This document shows positions 28,345-38,044 of a stretch of DNA of 53,970 bases, in pieces. Both the position numbers and the translations under genes were made by a program. Every line of letters begins with the position of its first letter. Position 1 is the first letter of the stretch. This DNA comes from an uncultured virus (IMG/VR IMGVR_UViG_3300032038_000026). Lineage: Duplodnaviria > Heunggongvirae > Uroviricota > Caudoviricetes. The notes under the pieces are model-generated. The model searched no databases. It saw only the letters and a program-made list of their open reading frames with translations, and had not been told where the DNA came from. Location of the stretch: the IMG/VR virus record IMGVR_UViG_3300032038_000026; one strand, 5' to 3'.

Positions 28345-29880
28345 ATGAATAAGATGCTTAATGGAATAAAGAAGACCTCTAACTTTACCTATACCGAGAA
28401 TGGTGCGCTGACGCATAAGACTTCTCTGTCTGGTCTGTTGGATCTGTTTGGTATGGGTGCGGCATACCGCACTCGTAGCGATGCAGATTGCATCGTTCTG
28501 TTTCAAAAGGCTTTTGTCGAAGACCCTATTCATGCGCTGAAGTGTCTGTTTTATCTGCGTGACATTCGCGGTGGCCAGGGCGAGCGCAGATTTTTCCGTG
28601 TTGTAATCAAGTGGCTGGCCGCGCATGAAACTGAGGCGATGCGGCGTAATCTTAAGTATGTTCCTGAGTTTGGTCGTTGGGATGACCTGTATGTATTTAC
28701 CGGCACTAAGCTTGAGCGCGAAGCTTTCCAGATGATGGAAGAGCAGATTAAGCTTGACTTGACCTGCAAGACTCCTTCTCTGCTTGCTAAGTGGCTTAAG
28801 TCTGAGAATACTTCTAGTGAAGATTCTCGTATGCTGGCGAATAAGACTCGTGCGGCTTTTGGCCTGAATCATCGTCAGTACCGTAAGATGTTGTCTGCTC
28901 TGCGCGCTCGCATCAATGTGGTTGAGCGTCTTATGAGCGCCGGCAAGTGGGATGAAATTGAGTTCGATAAGATTCCTTCTAAGGCTGGTTTCATCTATCG
29001 TAATGCGTTCGCGCGGCACGACATCGAGCGCATGAAGGCTAAGGTTGAAGTTCAGTCTTATGCTGACTTCGTGAGAGACGATACCAAGAAGGTTAATGCT
29101 AAGGACCTCTATCCTTATGAGGTTGTCGCTAAGGCTTATAACCTTACTCACAACAGCCACTCCTACTCTTACTACTCTCATAGGTTTGAGTTTAAGGATG
29201 ATGTTGACTCTACGGAGCGTGCCGCCATTAATAAGTATTGGGATAATCTGAAGGATTATTTCGATGGTTGTACCCTTGATGCTCTTTGCATGATTGATAC
29301 CTCTGGTTCCATGTGGGGAGCTGAGGCAAGTGCACCTATTAATGTGGCTATCTCCCTGGGTCTCTATGCCGCAGAGCGTGCGCGTGGTCCTTTCGCTGGA
29401 CACTACATTAGCTTCAGCTCTCGTCCCCAGTTGATTGAGACTGCTGGTGTAGATTTTGTAGATAAGGTGCGCCGCATCTATTCTACTAATCTTTGCGACA
29501 ACACCAATATTGAGGCTGCATTTGATATGCTTCTCAATACAGCTCGTAAGACCCACTGTACTCAGGATGAGCTTCCTAAGTCCATTGTCATTATCAGTGA
29601 TATGGAGTTTGACTCTCAGCGTGGGTACTATGGACAGAGAGAAAATACGCTGATGGAGAATATTGCGGCAAAGTGGGCGCAGACTGGTTATCAGATGCCT
29701 CATCTGGTGTACTGGAATGTGGACGCGCGCCATGATAATATTCCGATGAGTGTTAAGGAAGGCGTGACGCTGGTGAGTGGTTTTAGTCCGGTAATTTTCG
29801 AACAGATTATGAAGGGCAAGACCGCTTATGATCTGATGTTTGATAAGCTGGATAGCGAGCGATATGCTTGCATCAAGTAA
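28345..29880 (+). CDS. DUF2828-like protein (TROVE/Ro60-like helical domain plus vWA)
   Basis: TENGA, LFYLRDIRGGQGER, FGRWDDL, LAKW, vWA MIDAS DTSGSM, ISDMEFD, VYWNV, LVSGFS; AAAGGAG SD. Confidence 0.85.
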   Translation: MNKMLNGIKKTSNFTYTENGALTHKTSLSGLLDLFGMGAAYRTRSDADCIVLFQKAFVEDPIHALKCLFYLRDIRGGQGERRFFRVVIKWLAAHETEAMRRNLKYVPEFGRWDDLYVFTGTKLEREAFQMMEEQIKLDLTCKTPSLLAKWLKSENTSSEDSRMLANKTRAAFGLNHRQYRKMLSALRARINVVERLMSAGKWDEIEFDKIPSKAGFIYRNAFARHDIERMKAKVEVQSYADFVRDDTKKVNAKDLYPYEVVAKAYNLTHNSHSYSYYSHRFEFKDDVDSTERAAINKYWDNLKDYFDGCTLDALCMIDTSGSMWGAEASAPINVAISLGLYAAERARGPFAGHYISFSSRPQLIETAGVDFVDKVRRIYSTNLCDNTNIEAAFDMLLNTARKTHCTQDELPKSIVIISDMEFDSQRGYYGQRENTLMENIAAKWAQTGYQMPHLVYWNVDARHDNIPMSVKEGVTLVSGFSPVIFEQIMKGKTAYDLMFDKLDSERYACIK

Positions 29881-29885
29881 AAAGA

Positions 29886-29917
29886 AAAAGAGAAGGCATT
29901 AAATGCCTTCTCTTTTT
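29886..29917. terminator. Bidirectional terminator
   Basis: aaaagagaaggcatt/aatgccttctctttt between convergent genes. Confidence 0.75.
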
Positions 29918-30414
29918 TATAATAAGCCGTCTGTCTTTTTAATAAAAGTAAGGTCATTATTAATTTGATCTCGGGTAAGATAGACTCGACCTCCTATTTC
30001 ATCAAATAATACTGACACCTATTTATTAAATGTGTAAAAATAACCGGACCAACCTGAAGTATCAAGTGTATCGATCTATTCAGTAGTAAGTGGATACATC
30101 GTTTCTAAATCTGCTGGACTAAGTACACTACCATCACCAAAAGGTACTGTAACATATATTATTTTTCCTAAAAGGTTACTAATAGTTCCTTTTTTAATAT
30201 TTTCAATTGAATAAATTGAAAGAAATTCTATGTCTTTTTTTGCTGGAAGTGCAATCCATGTGGACATAGCTTCTTTAGAATATTGGATACCTTCAAAAAT
30301 TTCTATATTCGGCTCCTCACTACTTGAACCACTTATATTTTGTAACATATCCCTAATTACATTAGGATTTGTATTTTCGGGGTTGTGCATTAAATGATTA
30401 ATTAATTCATCCAT
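29917..30414 (-). CDS. Hypothetical protein with PENTNPNV motif (2 TAG)
   Basis: AAGGAGG SD; readthrough ends at a TAA exactly at the terminator. Confidence 0.7.
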
Positions 30415-30523
30415 AATAAAATCCTCCTTTATTTGGTCTAACTATAAGTAATAAAAATTTGAAAAAGATCTAATTTTATGATATAATATATATATATAGA
30501 AAGTGAGAAAGGGGTTATTTATT

Positions 30524-31182
30524 ATGCAGAATGAATTTTATGAAGTAGTTTTTGACTGGGGCGATACTTATTATTTTCATAATAAAGATAAGGCTTTTGA
30601 ATTTGCAAAACAGTCTTATCTTAATGATGCGGCTTATGCTAATGAAGAAGAAATGAATAAAGATCTGAATAATCTTAATGAATACTATTTCATTGATGGT
30701 TTTGTTTATATTAATGTAAAAGGCTTTGAGGATTAAAGGAGGCTTGAAAAATGAATTACAAATCTTTTAAAATTTCTAAGAACGCTACCCTTCGTGTGCG
30801 GGCTGACCGCATTGTTGCAACCGTAAGTTCAAATGATACTTCTCATATCGAACTTTATGTTGCGGGCGTTGCAAATCCTTGGCATCTTTCTGTAGCTGAA
30901 GGTCACTCGGCCGCTGAAATCGTTGATTCTATTTGGAGTAAAAAGGAGGAAAATTGAATGTATTATGCAAAGGTAAATTGGTTTGATACTTATAAGGAAG
31001 AAGATTCTATAAGTCATCTGCTTATCCCAGCCACGAATTGGAATGATGCAATGCAGAAGATTTCTGGTGAGTTTGAGTTCATTAATTCGGTTGAAATGAA
31101 AGAAGTGAATTTTGAGAAGTGTGACGTGATTTATCTTCCAGAAGATTCAGTTGTATCAGTTATTGAGGAAAATACTTATTAA
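30524..31182 (+). CDS. Three small hypothetical genes (30524-30736, 30751-30957, 30958-31182)
   Basis: Promoter, SD sites, tight packing, hairpin at about 31184-31208. Confidence 0.65.
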
Positions 31183-31271
31183 TTAAAGGGAGAGAAATCT
31201 CCCTTTTAAATTTGCAATTTTTAGGATTTTATGGTATAATATATATAGAAAATGAAAGAAGGGATAAAATA

Positions 31272-31982
31272 ATGTTTAAATTTAAGTCTGAAGATCTGTT
31301 GAAGGCGCGCGGTATAGTTTCTCAGCTTAAGCTGCCCGCGCAGTTTGGCATGGATGAAGATTTAGAAGTTCCTATTCTGTATGACCAGCTCGAAAATATT
31401 CTTGATGAAGATTTTCATGTGGCCTGCGGCATTTCTAAGGCAGTTATCATTATTGATTCTCTTCCTTTCGTAATCAAGATTCCTTTTACCGGCCGCTGGA
31501 TTCATGAGTATAATTCGTGGGATGATGATGAGGGTTGGGTTGAGTTCACTCCTTTTGAAAAGGCGAATGAATTTGTAGCTTATGACTATTGCTATGATGA
31601 ACTTTGCAATATAAGTAATGCACAGGTAAATGGCTTTGGTCGATTTGTTCCTGATATGAAGTGGCTTATGACTATTAACTGTGATAGTGACCAGCCTTAT
31701 GATGTCTATGTTCAGGAGAAGGTAGTTCCCGAGATTGAGAGAAAGCAGCCGATTAATCCGAGTAAGAATTCTATGAGCATCGCGGCAGATCGTGGTTATA
31801 GTGTTGACCTTCGCTGGGCCGCCTACGCCATTGATATGTATGGTGCAGATTATTTTGAGACTTTTATGGAGTGGGTCGAAGTTAATTGTAGTGATGTCCT
31901 CTGCGATTTCCATGATGGGAACTTTGGGTATAGTATGAGCGGCGCACCTATAATTCTTGATGTAAGTGGGTTTAGAGATTAA
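31272..31982 (+). CDS. Protein-kinase-like fold protein
   Basis: VIKIP, YVQEKV, DFHDGNFG, ILDVS. Confidence 0.65.
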   Translation: MFKFKSEDLLKARGIVSQLKLPAQFGMDEDLEVPILYDQLENILDEDFHVACGISKAVIIIDSLPFVIKIPFTGRWIHEYNSWDDDEGWVEFTPFEKANEFVAYDYCYDELCNISNAQVNGFGRFVPDMKWLMTINCDSDQPYDVYVQEKVVPEIERKQPINPSKNSMSIAADRGYSVDLRWAAYAIDMYGADYFETFMEWVEVNCSDVLCDFHDGNFGYSMSGAPIILDVSGFRD

Positions 31983-32657
31983 TGAAATTAATATTAATTG
32001 TAATGATTATAATTTTGATTGGTTCATTATATGGGCCAGATGATGGGATATTTTAAATGGTAAGAGTAAAGAGGTAGTTTAAAGAGAATTTGTTAAAGCC
32101 GTGTCCGTATTGTGGTGATACAGTAATTGTTATGGTTGATGTAGACTTTGAAGATGGGTTAAAAGAAGCCATGCGGACATTATGTAAATGCGGCTGGTCA
32201 AAGAAAACATTTAATACATGGTATACAAGTAAAGCGCAGTTAATTGAAGATTATAATGATATGATTCAAGAAGGAGAAATAGAGGAATGGAAGTAAGTAT
32301 TTATAGTATTCTTGCAATTGCACTTTCGAGTTTGTCGTTAGGTATTACTATTGGGAGAATGTTGAAGTAAAAATTTGAAAAGTTTCAAATTTTATGTTAT
32401 ACTATTTATATAAACTAAGAGAGGTAGAAAGGAGTGGAATATTGGTATGATTGGCCGATGCAATGCCGTTATTTAAGCGGTGATAAATATAAAGAAGGTA
32501 TAGTTTACTAGGACTTTGTAATTGATTTATTTAGCGGCGCGCCGTGTAAGTTGAGCTGGATATATGCGGAAGCAAAAATAAATGGCGTTGACGAAGATGA
32601 TGCGTTAATTGAGTGGGCTGATTGGCAAGACCTCGCTTAGGTTTGATATTTATATAT

Positions 32658-32732
32658 TGCGGATTGGTGCAGAAGTCAACACGCCGGTCTCTAAAACCGG
32701 AGAACAGGGGGCGGTACCCTGATCCGCTGCCA
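32658..32732 (+). tRNA. Amber suppressor tRNA (CTA), probably Gln-charged
   Basis: ccggt-ctCTAaa-accgg; unpaired U1:U72, G73, CCA. Confidence 0.9.
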
Positions 32733-32748
32733 ATCGAAAGGAGTAAAT

Positions 32749-33084
32749 ATGGCTAGAACACGAGCTTGGCGGCGATATAAAAATTATACAAAAGCTAAGC
32801 GCAAAAGAGATATAGACATAGCAGTTTCTTGGTATCCAAGTTTTTGGCCTGGTTTTAGTGATGGAGAATATGTTTTTCCTAAACGTGGAATGTATAAAAA
32901 TCTCCACCAGTACAGCAAAAATAAAATCCATTGTAGTTGTCCTTGGTGCTCTCCACGTACTTGTAATAAAGGGCGGCATAGAGATACAAAGAATTATGCG
33001 CCGTCTATTAATTATGGGATGATGGACAAGCGGCGGCAAATGGCGATGGATTATGATGAAAAATTTTTTGAAAATGAAATTTAG
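32749..33084 (+). CDS. Basic hypothetical protein ending in TAG
   Basis: AAAGGAG SD, HCSCPWC; in frame with the next gene. Confidence 0.7.
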   Translation: MARTRAWRRYKNYTKAKRKRDIDIAVSWYPSFWPGFSDGEYVFPKRGMYKNLHQYSKNKIHCSCPWCSPRTCNKGRHRDTKNYAPSINYGMMDKRRQMAMDYDEKFFENEI

Positions 33085-33102
33085 AATAAAGGAGTAAAAC
33101 AA

Positions 33103-33438
33103 ATGTATAACAACTATAAATATATCGAGACCCCGAATAAGGTGATTGCACTTTCTACCTACGCTGGTAAGACGGTGCGCGGCATAGCTAAGTGCCATCC
33201 GAATGATACTTTTGATGTAGAGTTCGGGCGTAAGCTCGCGGCGGCTCGGTGTAATGCGAAGATTGCGGCAAAGAGAGTAGTTAATGCGAAGAATAAGTAT
33301 TGGGAAACTTATAATAAACTTATTGAAGCAACTAAAGCGCATGATAAGTATAGTACATATTATATTGATGCAGCTGAGCATTTGAAAGAAGCAGAGGCTT
33401 ACCTTGATGAAGTGAGGTCTAGCGTTTATGACGCTTAA
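33103..33438 (+). CDS. Hypothetical phage protein
   Basis: SD; GIAKCHPNDTFDVEFGRKLAAAR. Confidence 0.75.
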   Translation: MYNNYKYIETPNKVIALSTYAGKTVRGIAKCHPNDTFDVEFGRKLAAARCNAKIAAKRVVNAKNKYWETYNKLIEATKAHDKYSTYYIDAAEHLKEAEAYLDEVRSSVYDA

Positions 33439-33616
33439 AGAACTCAAGACAATCATTAATACTTACCCTGAAACTGATGACAGCGCGCGAATATACATGG
33501 AAATACAGCTGGGAGAAAATACATATATTCAACAATCAGTTGATATGGTAAGACGAGAAGAGAGCGATGTAGCTATTTATTATATAATGGGAACTAATGG
33601 CGGCGAGTTAAACTAA
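33428..33616 (+). CDS. Hypothetical protein
   Basis: GAGGT SD; last plus-strand gene before the junction. Confidence 0.55.
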   Translation: MTLKELKTIINTYPETDDSARIYMEIQLGENTYIQQSVDMVRREESDVAIYYIMGTNGGELN

Positions 33617-33729
33617 TGGCTCGGCCGCCTTCAATATTTTCTGAAAATTTCAGTTGCAAAATTTCTCCAAAAATTTATAGTGGCTATATAGTAAGTTCTA
33701 CATATAAACAAAAAGATAAGGAAAATATT

Positions 33730-34040
33730 CAATAATAAATTAAACGTATAAGTATATGTATATATTAAACGTATATATAATACTTATACGTTTTACTTAT
33801 AAGTATAACGTATATATAATTGAAGTAGAAAACGGGTAGGACAGGGAACGTATAAGTAAAACGTATATATAATATATATATGTAATACGTGTAAGTATAA
33901 CTTATATATAAATGGGATAACGGGGGTAGGGTAAAAGGGTACTACCAAAAGGGCACACAAAAAATCCTAAAAATTTACGTATAAGTATACGTATAAGTAT
34001 TCGTAAAAATAATCGTATACATAATATGTATACGACGATA
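33730..34040. repeat. Cluster of short ACGTATA/TAAGTATA repeats in a non-coding AT-rich junction
   Basis: Repeated cgtata, tatacg and aagtata units between convergent gene blocks. Confidence 0.6.
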
Positions 34041-34396
34041 GGGGCATTTTGTCGGGGACATGGAGGGGACGTGGCGCGGACACTATGGGGTATAAAAATA
34101 GGGGTCATTTAATGTTAATTGTCCCTGGCCACAACCTTCATCATTTTGCAAATTTTTATTTTGGGTAAAATTTTATATATAAATATATATATTATATATA
34201 TGGGAAGAGATTTTCCAGAAATTTTTGCAGCTGAAACTTGACGCTAAGATTTTCCAAAAATTTATCTTCTATATATATTATAACATATAAATATATGAGT
34301 TGTCAAATTTTCATTTTGAAAATTTCAAAAAAATATAAAAATATAGAGGTTAGACTTTGAAGTCTAACCTCTAAGTATTACGTATACGTAAGGGCT

Positions 34397-34783
34397 TTAC
34401 GCCTTGATGTAGCCGCGCTGGGTGCCCTTGCCAGTCACCTTCACGTCCACCTTCAGCACCAGACCAGCTTCGACGAGCGGGCGCAGAAGAGAAGGAACAC
34501 TTGCGGGCTTCACAGTATCGCCCAGCCCAGCTTCCTCAATCAGCATAGAAGCGGTCTTCGGCTCATCAGCATCACCCATGACCTCAAGCAGAGCATCACG
34601 GAGCGGGGCCTTCTCAGCCTGCTTCTCAGCAGCCTTCTCAGCCTGCTTAGCGCGCCGCGCGGTAGCCTGAGCATCCATCTTGGACAGGTTGGCCTCAATA
34701 GCCTCGGCCAGCTCATCCCAACCATCGGTCTTGGTGCCATTCAGAACGTTCAGCATCTCATTGTACATCTCACGAGTAGTCAT
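34397..34783 (-). CDS. MTTRE-family protein A (C-terminal winged-HTH-like)
   Basis: Paralog of 40114 and 41024; own promoter and SD. Confidence 0.75.
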   Translation of the reverse strand: MTTREMYNEMLNVLNGTKTDGWDELAEAIEANLSKMDAQATARRAKQAEKAAEKQAEKAPLRDALLEVMGDADEPKTASMLIEEAGLGDTVKPASVPSLLRPLVEAGLVLKVDVKVTGKGTQRGYIKA

Positions 34784-34950
34784 AATTTTTCTCCTTTTCT
34801 TGCGGTAGGCCGCAACCCGAAATTAAATTTTTTATTTTTGAGAGACTTTATGTTCTTTATCTCTCACTTTCTATATATATTATACACTAAAATTAAGGAA
34901 AAGTCAAAATTTAAAATGCGTTTTTTTCAAAAGTAGAATTTATTTTGTAT

Positions 34951-35271
34951 TTACTCTGCATTTTTGCTGTTTTCCTTGGCCTTTGCTGACTTTTCAGCTG
35001 CCTTCTGCTTGCGGGCGGCCGCAGCTTCCAGCTTCAGCTGATACTCACGCGCGAGTGCGTAGCCGTCAGTGCCTTCCTCTTCGCTAGCTTCCTTGGGGAT
35101 GATGATGCTGAACTTGACCCAGCGGTCTTCGCCTTCGGAGTCGACGGTGGGAATCATGAGCGTGCCAGCAGCGGTCTGGCAAACATCCACGTCGTATTTC
35201 TCGCTGAGAAAATTTGACAAAGCCTTTGTGAAGTCGGCGCGCAGCTGGTCTGTGACGTTTTTCTTAGTCAT
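34951..35271 (-). CDS. Hypothetical protein with Lys/Ala-rich tail
   Basis: Paralog of 38384 (EYQLKL versus DYQMKL). Confidence 0.7.
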   Translation of the reverse strand: MTKKNVTDQLRADFTKALSNFLSEKYDVDVCQTAAGTLMIPTVDSEGEDRWVKFSIIIPKEASEEEGTDGYALAREYQLKLEAAAARKQKAAEKSAKAKENSKNAE

Positions 35272-35678
35272 AATTTTTATCTCCTTTATCTTTTATTCTA
35301 TAAATATTATATCATAAATTTTTAATTTTGTCAAGAGTTTTTACGTATGGCAAAATACTAAAATTTTAGGTCCCAGCTCATGGATTTTTTGTGTAAAATG
35401 CCAGCTGCGCAGCTCGACACAGCTCCTGGAAAATTTTGGAAATCGCAGCTCTTTTGCAGCTTATTCGCAGCTCAAGTGAAAATTTGACACGGGCGCGGAG
35501 CGCATACTGCCGACTGGAAAATTTTGGAAACATTGGAAAAATTTGGGTAAATGGAAAAATTTGGAAGTTGGAAAGAATTGGAAATGAATAAAAATTTGAT
35601 AAAAATGGAATTTAGACGTACAACGTCTAAATTTTCCAATAAAAAGTAACGGAGTGGTTACACTCCGTTACAACTTAT

Positions 35679-36347
35679 TTATTTTTCAAATGCTCCCTTC
35701 CTCATTTTCTTATGCTGTTTTATACACCGCACGAAAATATCTTTTTCGATAAGTACATCCTCAAGTCCGGTATGGTCTTCGATGAAGTCCACATTATTTG
35801 TGATGTACCTATAAAGTATCTCGGCGGTTGCTCGTGGTGCTCCATTTTGCTTTGTATATCCGTATTTGGTACAAAAACGAATATACGTCGGTTGTTTGCA
35901 AATTGTATCCTGCGCCATTTTTAAAGTGTCCCACATTGGGATACCATATGGGAGAAAATAGCGGTTTTTGGACTTGGTAACATACCGCAAAGTATAATTA
36001 GTAGAACGATAGTCAAAGCGCGCGTTATGGGCAATAATTGCCTTGACGTTGTACTTCTTACAAAGATAAGCTACATAGTTTCTTGCGGTATAGATAGAAA
36101 CGATTTTGCGCAGGCCGGAAGAGATTTGCGCTTCATACATCGGGCGCTTTTCAGCATAATATGCTGTATCAAAAAGCTTGCGATCAGCGCAAAACACGTC
36201 ATAGATAACGAAGCTGAAAGTCTCATAGACTTTGCCCTGCTTATCATGGACACAACCGCCTAAATCGTACATCATAGGGTCTTCAAGGCTATTAGCGGTT
36301 TCTGTGTCAATGGTCAGATAGTAGTTGCGGCGCTTGTCAATACTCAT
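35679..36347 (-). CDS. DEDDh 3'-5' exonuclease
   Basis: IDTETA, AHNARFD, DHTGLEDV. Confidence 0.85.
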   Translation of the reverse strand: MSIDKRRNYYLTIDTETANSLEDPMMYDLGGCVHDKQGKVYETFSFVIYDVFCADRKLFDTAYYAEKRPMYEAQISSGLRKIVSIYTARNYVAYLCKKYNVKAIIAHNARFDYRSTNYTLRYVTKSKNRYFLPYGIPMWDTLKMAQDTICKQPTYIRFCTKYGYTKQNGAPRATAEILYRYITNNVDFIEDHTGLEDVLIEKDIFVRCIKQHKKMRKGAFEK

Positions 36348-36664
36348 AATAAAACCTCACTATACAATGTCAATCAGATCGGCGTCCCTTTCTTGATTGC
36401 GTATATATAATAACATAAAAAACGGAAAAAGTCAACGAGAGAAATTAGACGTTACACGTCTAAATTAAATTTTATAAAAATTTCACCACTTTATTGTGGT
36501 GAAATAATTTTTATTTATTCCATTGATTAATTTCATCCTCCCATTCCTCATACCATTCATCAAAATCTTGATGTTTTTTTACATCATCATTTGCAGTGAA
36601 TGCAGAGAGAAAAGTATCAAAATCGTTATTATTAGTAATTTCTATTATAAAACTATCAATCATT

Positions 36665-36907
36665 TTACCACCCCTTTATAAAATTTTCTAAATCCCAAAA
36701 CTCAAGGTTGGGATGCTCATTGATGAAAGTTTTTGCCTGCTCATAGCCTTCAAACTGAGAAATACAGTCCTCAGCGTCTTTGAGAGCATAACACAGTAAG
36801 TCAAAAGCATTTCTATATGCGATGGCGGCGCCGTATGCTTTGGCATTATCTGCGACCTGTTCACGCTGAAGAAACATTACTGCAAGAATTCTCATAATTT
36901 CATTCAT
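36665..36907 (-). CDS. Hypothetical protein
   Basis: Own promoter, AAGGAGG SD. Confidence 0.7.
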   Translation of the reverse strand: MNEIMRILAVMFLQREQVADNAKAYGAAIAYRNAFDLLCYALKDAEDCISQFEGYEQAKTFINEHPNLEFWDLENFIKGW

Positions 36908-37039
36908 TTTTTTGTTCCTCCTTTTCTTTTGTGACTATAATATATCAAAAATTCTATAAAAAGTCAATAACTGAACTTAGACGTATGACGTCTAAATCCC
37001 CGTATAAAAAACACTTCACCGAAGTGAAGTGTTAAATCG

Positions 37040-37882
37040 TTACATTGTCGCATAACCGAGAATCCTGAAGGGGAAGTAAACAATTCCCATTGTAAGATTA
37101 CTTGCTTTAGTTTTCATAATCCGCGCCAGCAATTCGGACTCAATCGCGGCGTCATCAAGGGCGGTGTGCGCTTCATCAAAGTCGAGATTTCGGGAGATAA
37201 ACCGAAAAGCAGTTTCAGCGGAGGTTTTGTAATACTTGCCGCTTTCGGTAATCCATCCGTTTTCCTGACACATGGTCTTGTACTCGTCATTGTTCAGGAT
37301 ATGCTCACAAGACAAACCCCACAGGTCAAACAGTTTGTAATCTTTGCCGCGAAACTTGAAAATTTCGGGGTCAAATTCTTTTGTACTGGAAAAACGGTTA
37401 TCACTTGCGATATTTTTGCAGATTCTTTCCTGCATCTTGTCCCAGTCGTAGAAGTCGGGGGAATACAGCATATTGATATAAAGCTCAGTGAAGGGAATTG
37501 CCTTCTTAAAGTCAAACATGGAATTGTACGCGCCCACGGCCTCGACTTCGGCCATGTCCTCCTCCAGTGCGGCCACGGCCGTTCTCCAGTCGGTCAGGGT
37601 AATTTCGCCCTTCGCCAGCTTTTCGAGGTAGATAGGACGCTTGCAGGCGTAGTATGCAGTATTGAAGATAGAAGGAACAGAGAAAATTTCGCTGATGAGG
37701 AAATTGCGGCGAGCGTATACGCGGCCCTTGCGGTCAACTACCTGCCAACCGAGGTCATAAATCAGCGGTTTTGCAATCGCAATTTTTTTGCGGGCGGGCG
37801 CGTCATAATCGGCGGCACAGGGGAGGGTGGCGGTCTCACAATCGAGGACGAGGTAATACTTACGGCGCTTGTCAAATTTCAT
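37040..37882 (-). CDS. DEDDh 3'-5' exonuclease, paralog of 35679
   Basis: LDCETA, AYNSMFD, AHTALDDA. Confidence 0.85.
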   Translation of the reverse strand: MKFDKRRKYYLVLDCETATLPCAADYDAPARKKIAIAKPLIYDLGWQVVDRKGRVYARRNFLISEIFSVPSIFNTAYYACKRPIYLEKLAKGEITLTDWRTAVAALEEDMAEVEAVGAYNSMFDFKKAIPFTELYINMLYSPDFYDWDKMQERICKNIASDNRFSSTKEFDPEIFKFRGKDYKLFDLWGLSCEHILNNDEYKTMCQENGWITESGKYYKTSAETAFRFISRNLDFDEAHTALDDAAIESELLARIMKTKASNLTMGIVYFPFRILGYATM

Positions 37883-38044
37883 AGAAGTCAACCTTCTTTC
37901 ATAGTGTCAATCGGGTATCGGCTTCCCTTCCCGATTGCAATATTATAATATCATAGACCGCGCGAAATGTCAACACCAAATCAGCGGGAGATTTAGACGT
38001 AAGACGTCTAAAGGTAAAATAATAGAAGAATAAACTCCTATTAT

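Larger units (their letters stand above)
3121..32410 (+). promoter_or_regulatory. Recurrent sigmaA-like promoters TTGANN-N17-TATAAT-ATAT
   Basis: Instances near 3121, 8337, 9359, 10965, 13202, 14845, 17274, 19926, 21327, 23793, 26789, 30459, 31212, 32375. Confidence 0.75.

Noticed and set aside
28309..29733. 474-aa minus-strand ORF, and similar antisense ORFs at 31362, 32650, 37166, 40000 and 45019
   Set aside because: Shadows of well-supported genes on the other strand; no SD or recognisable motifs
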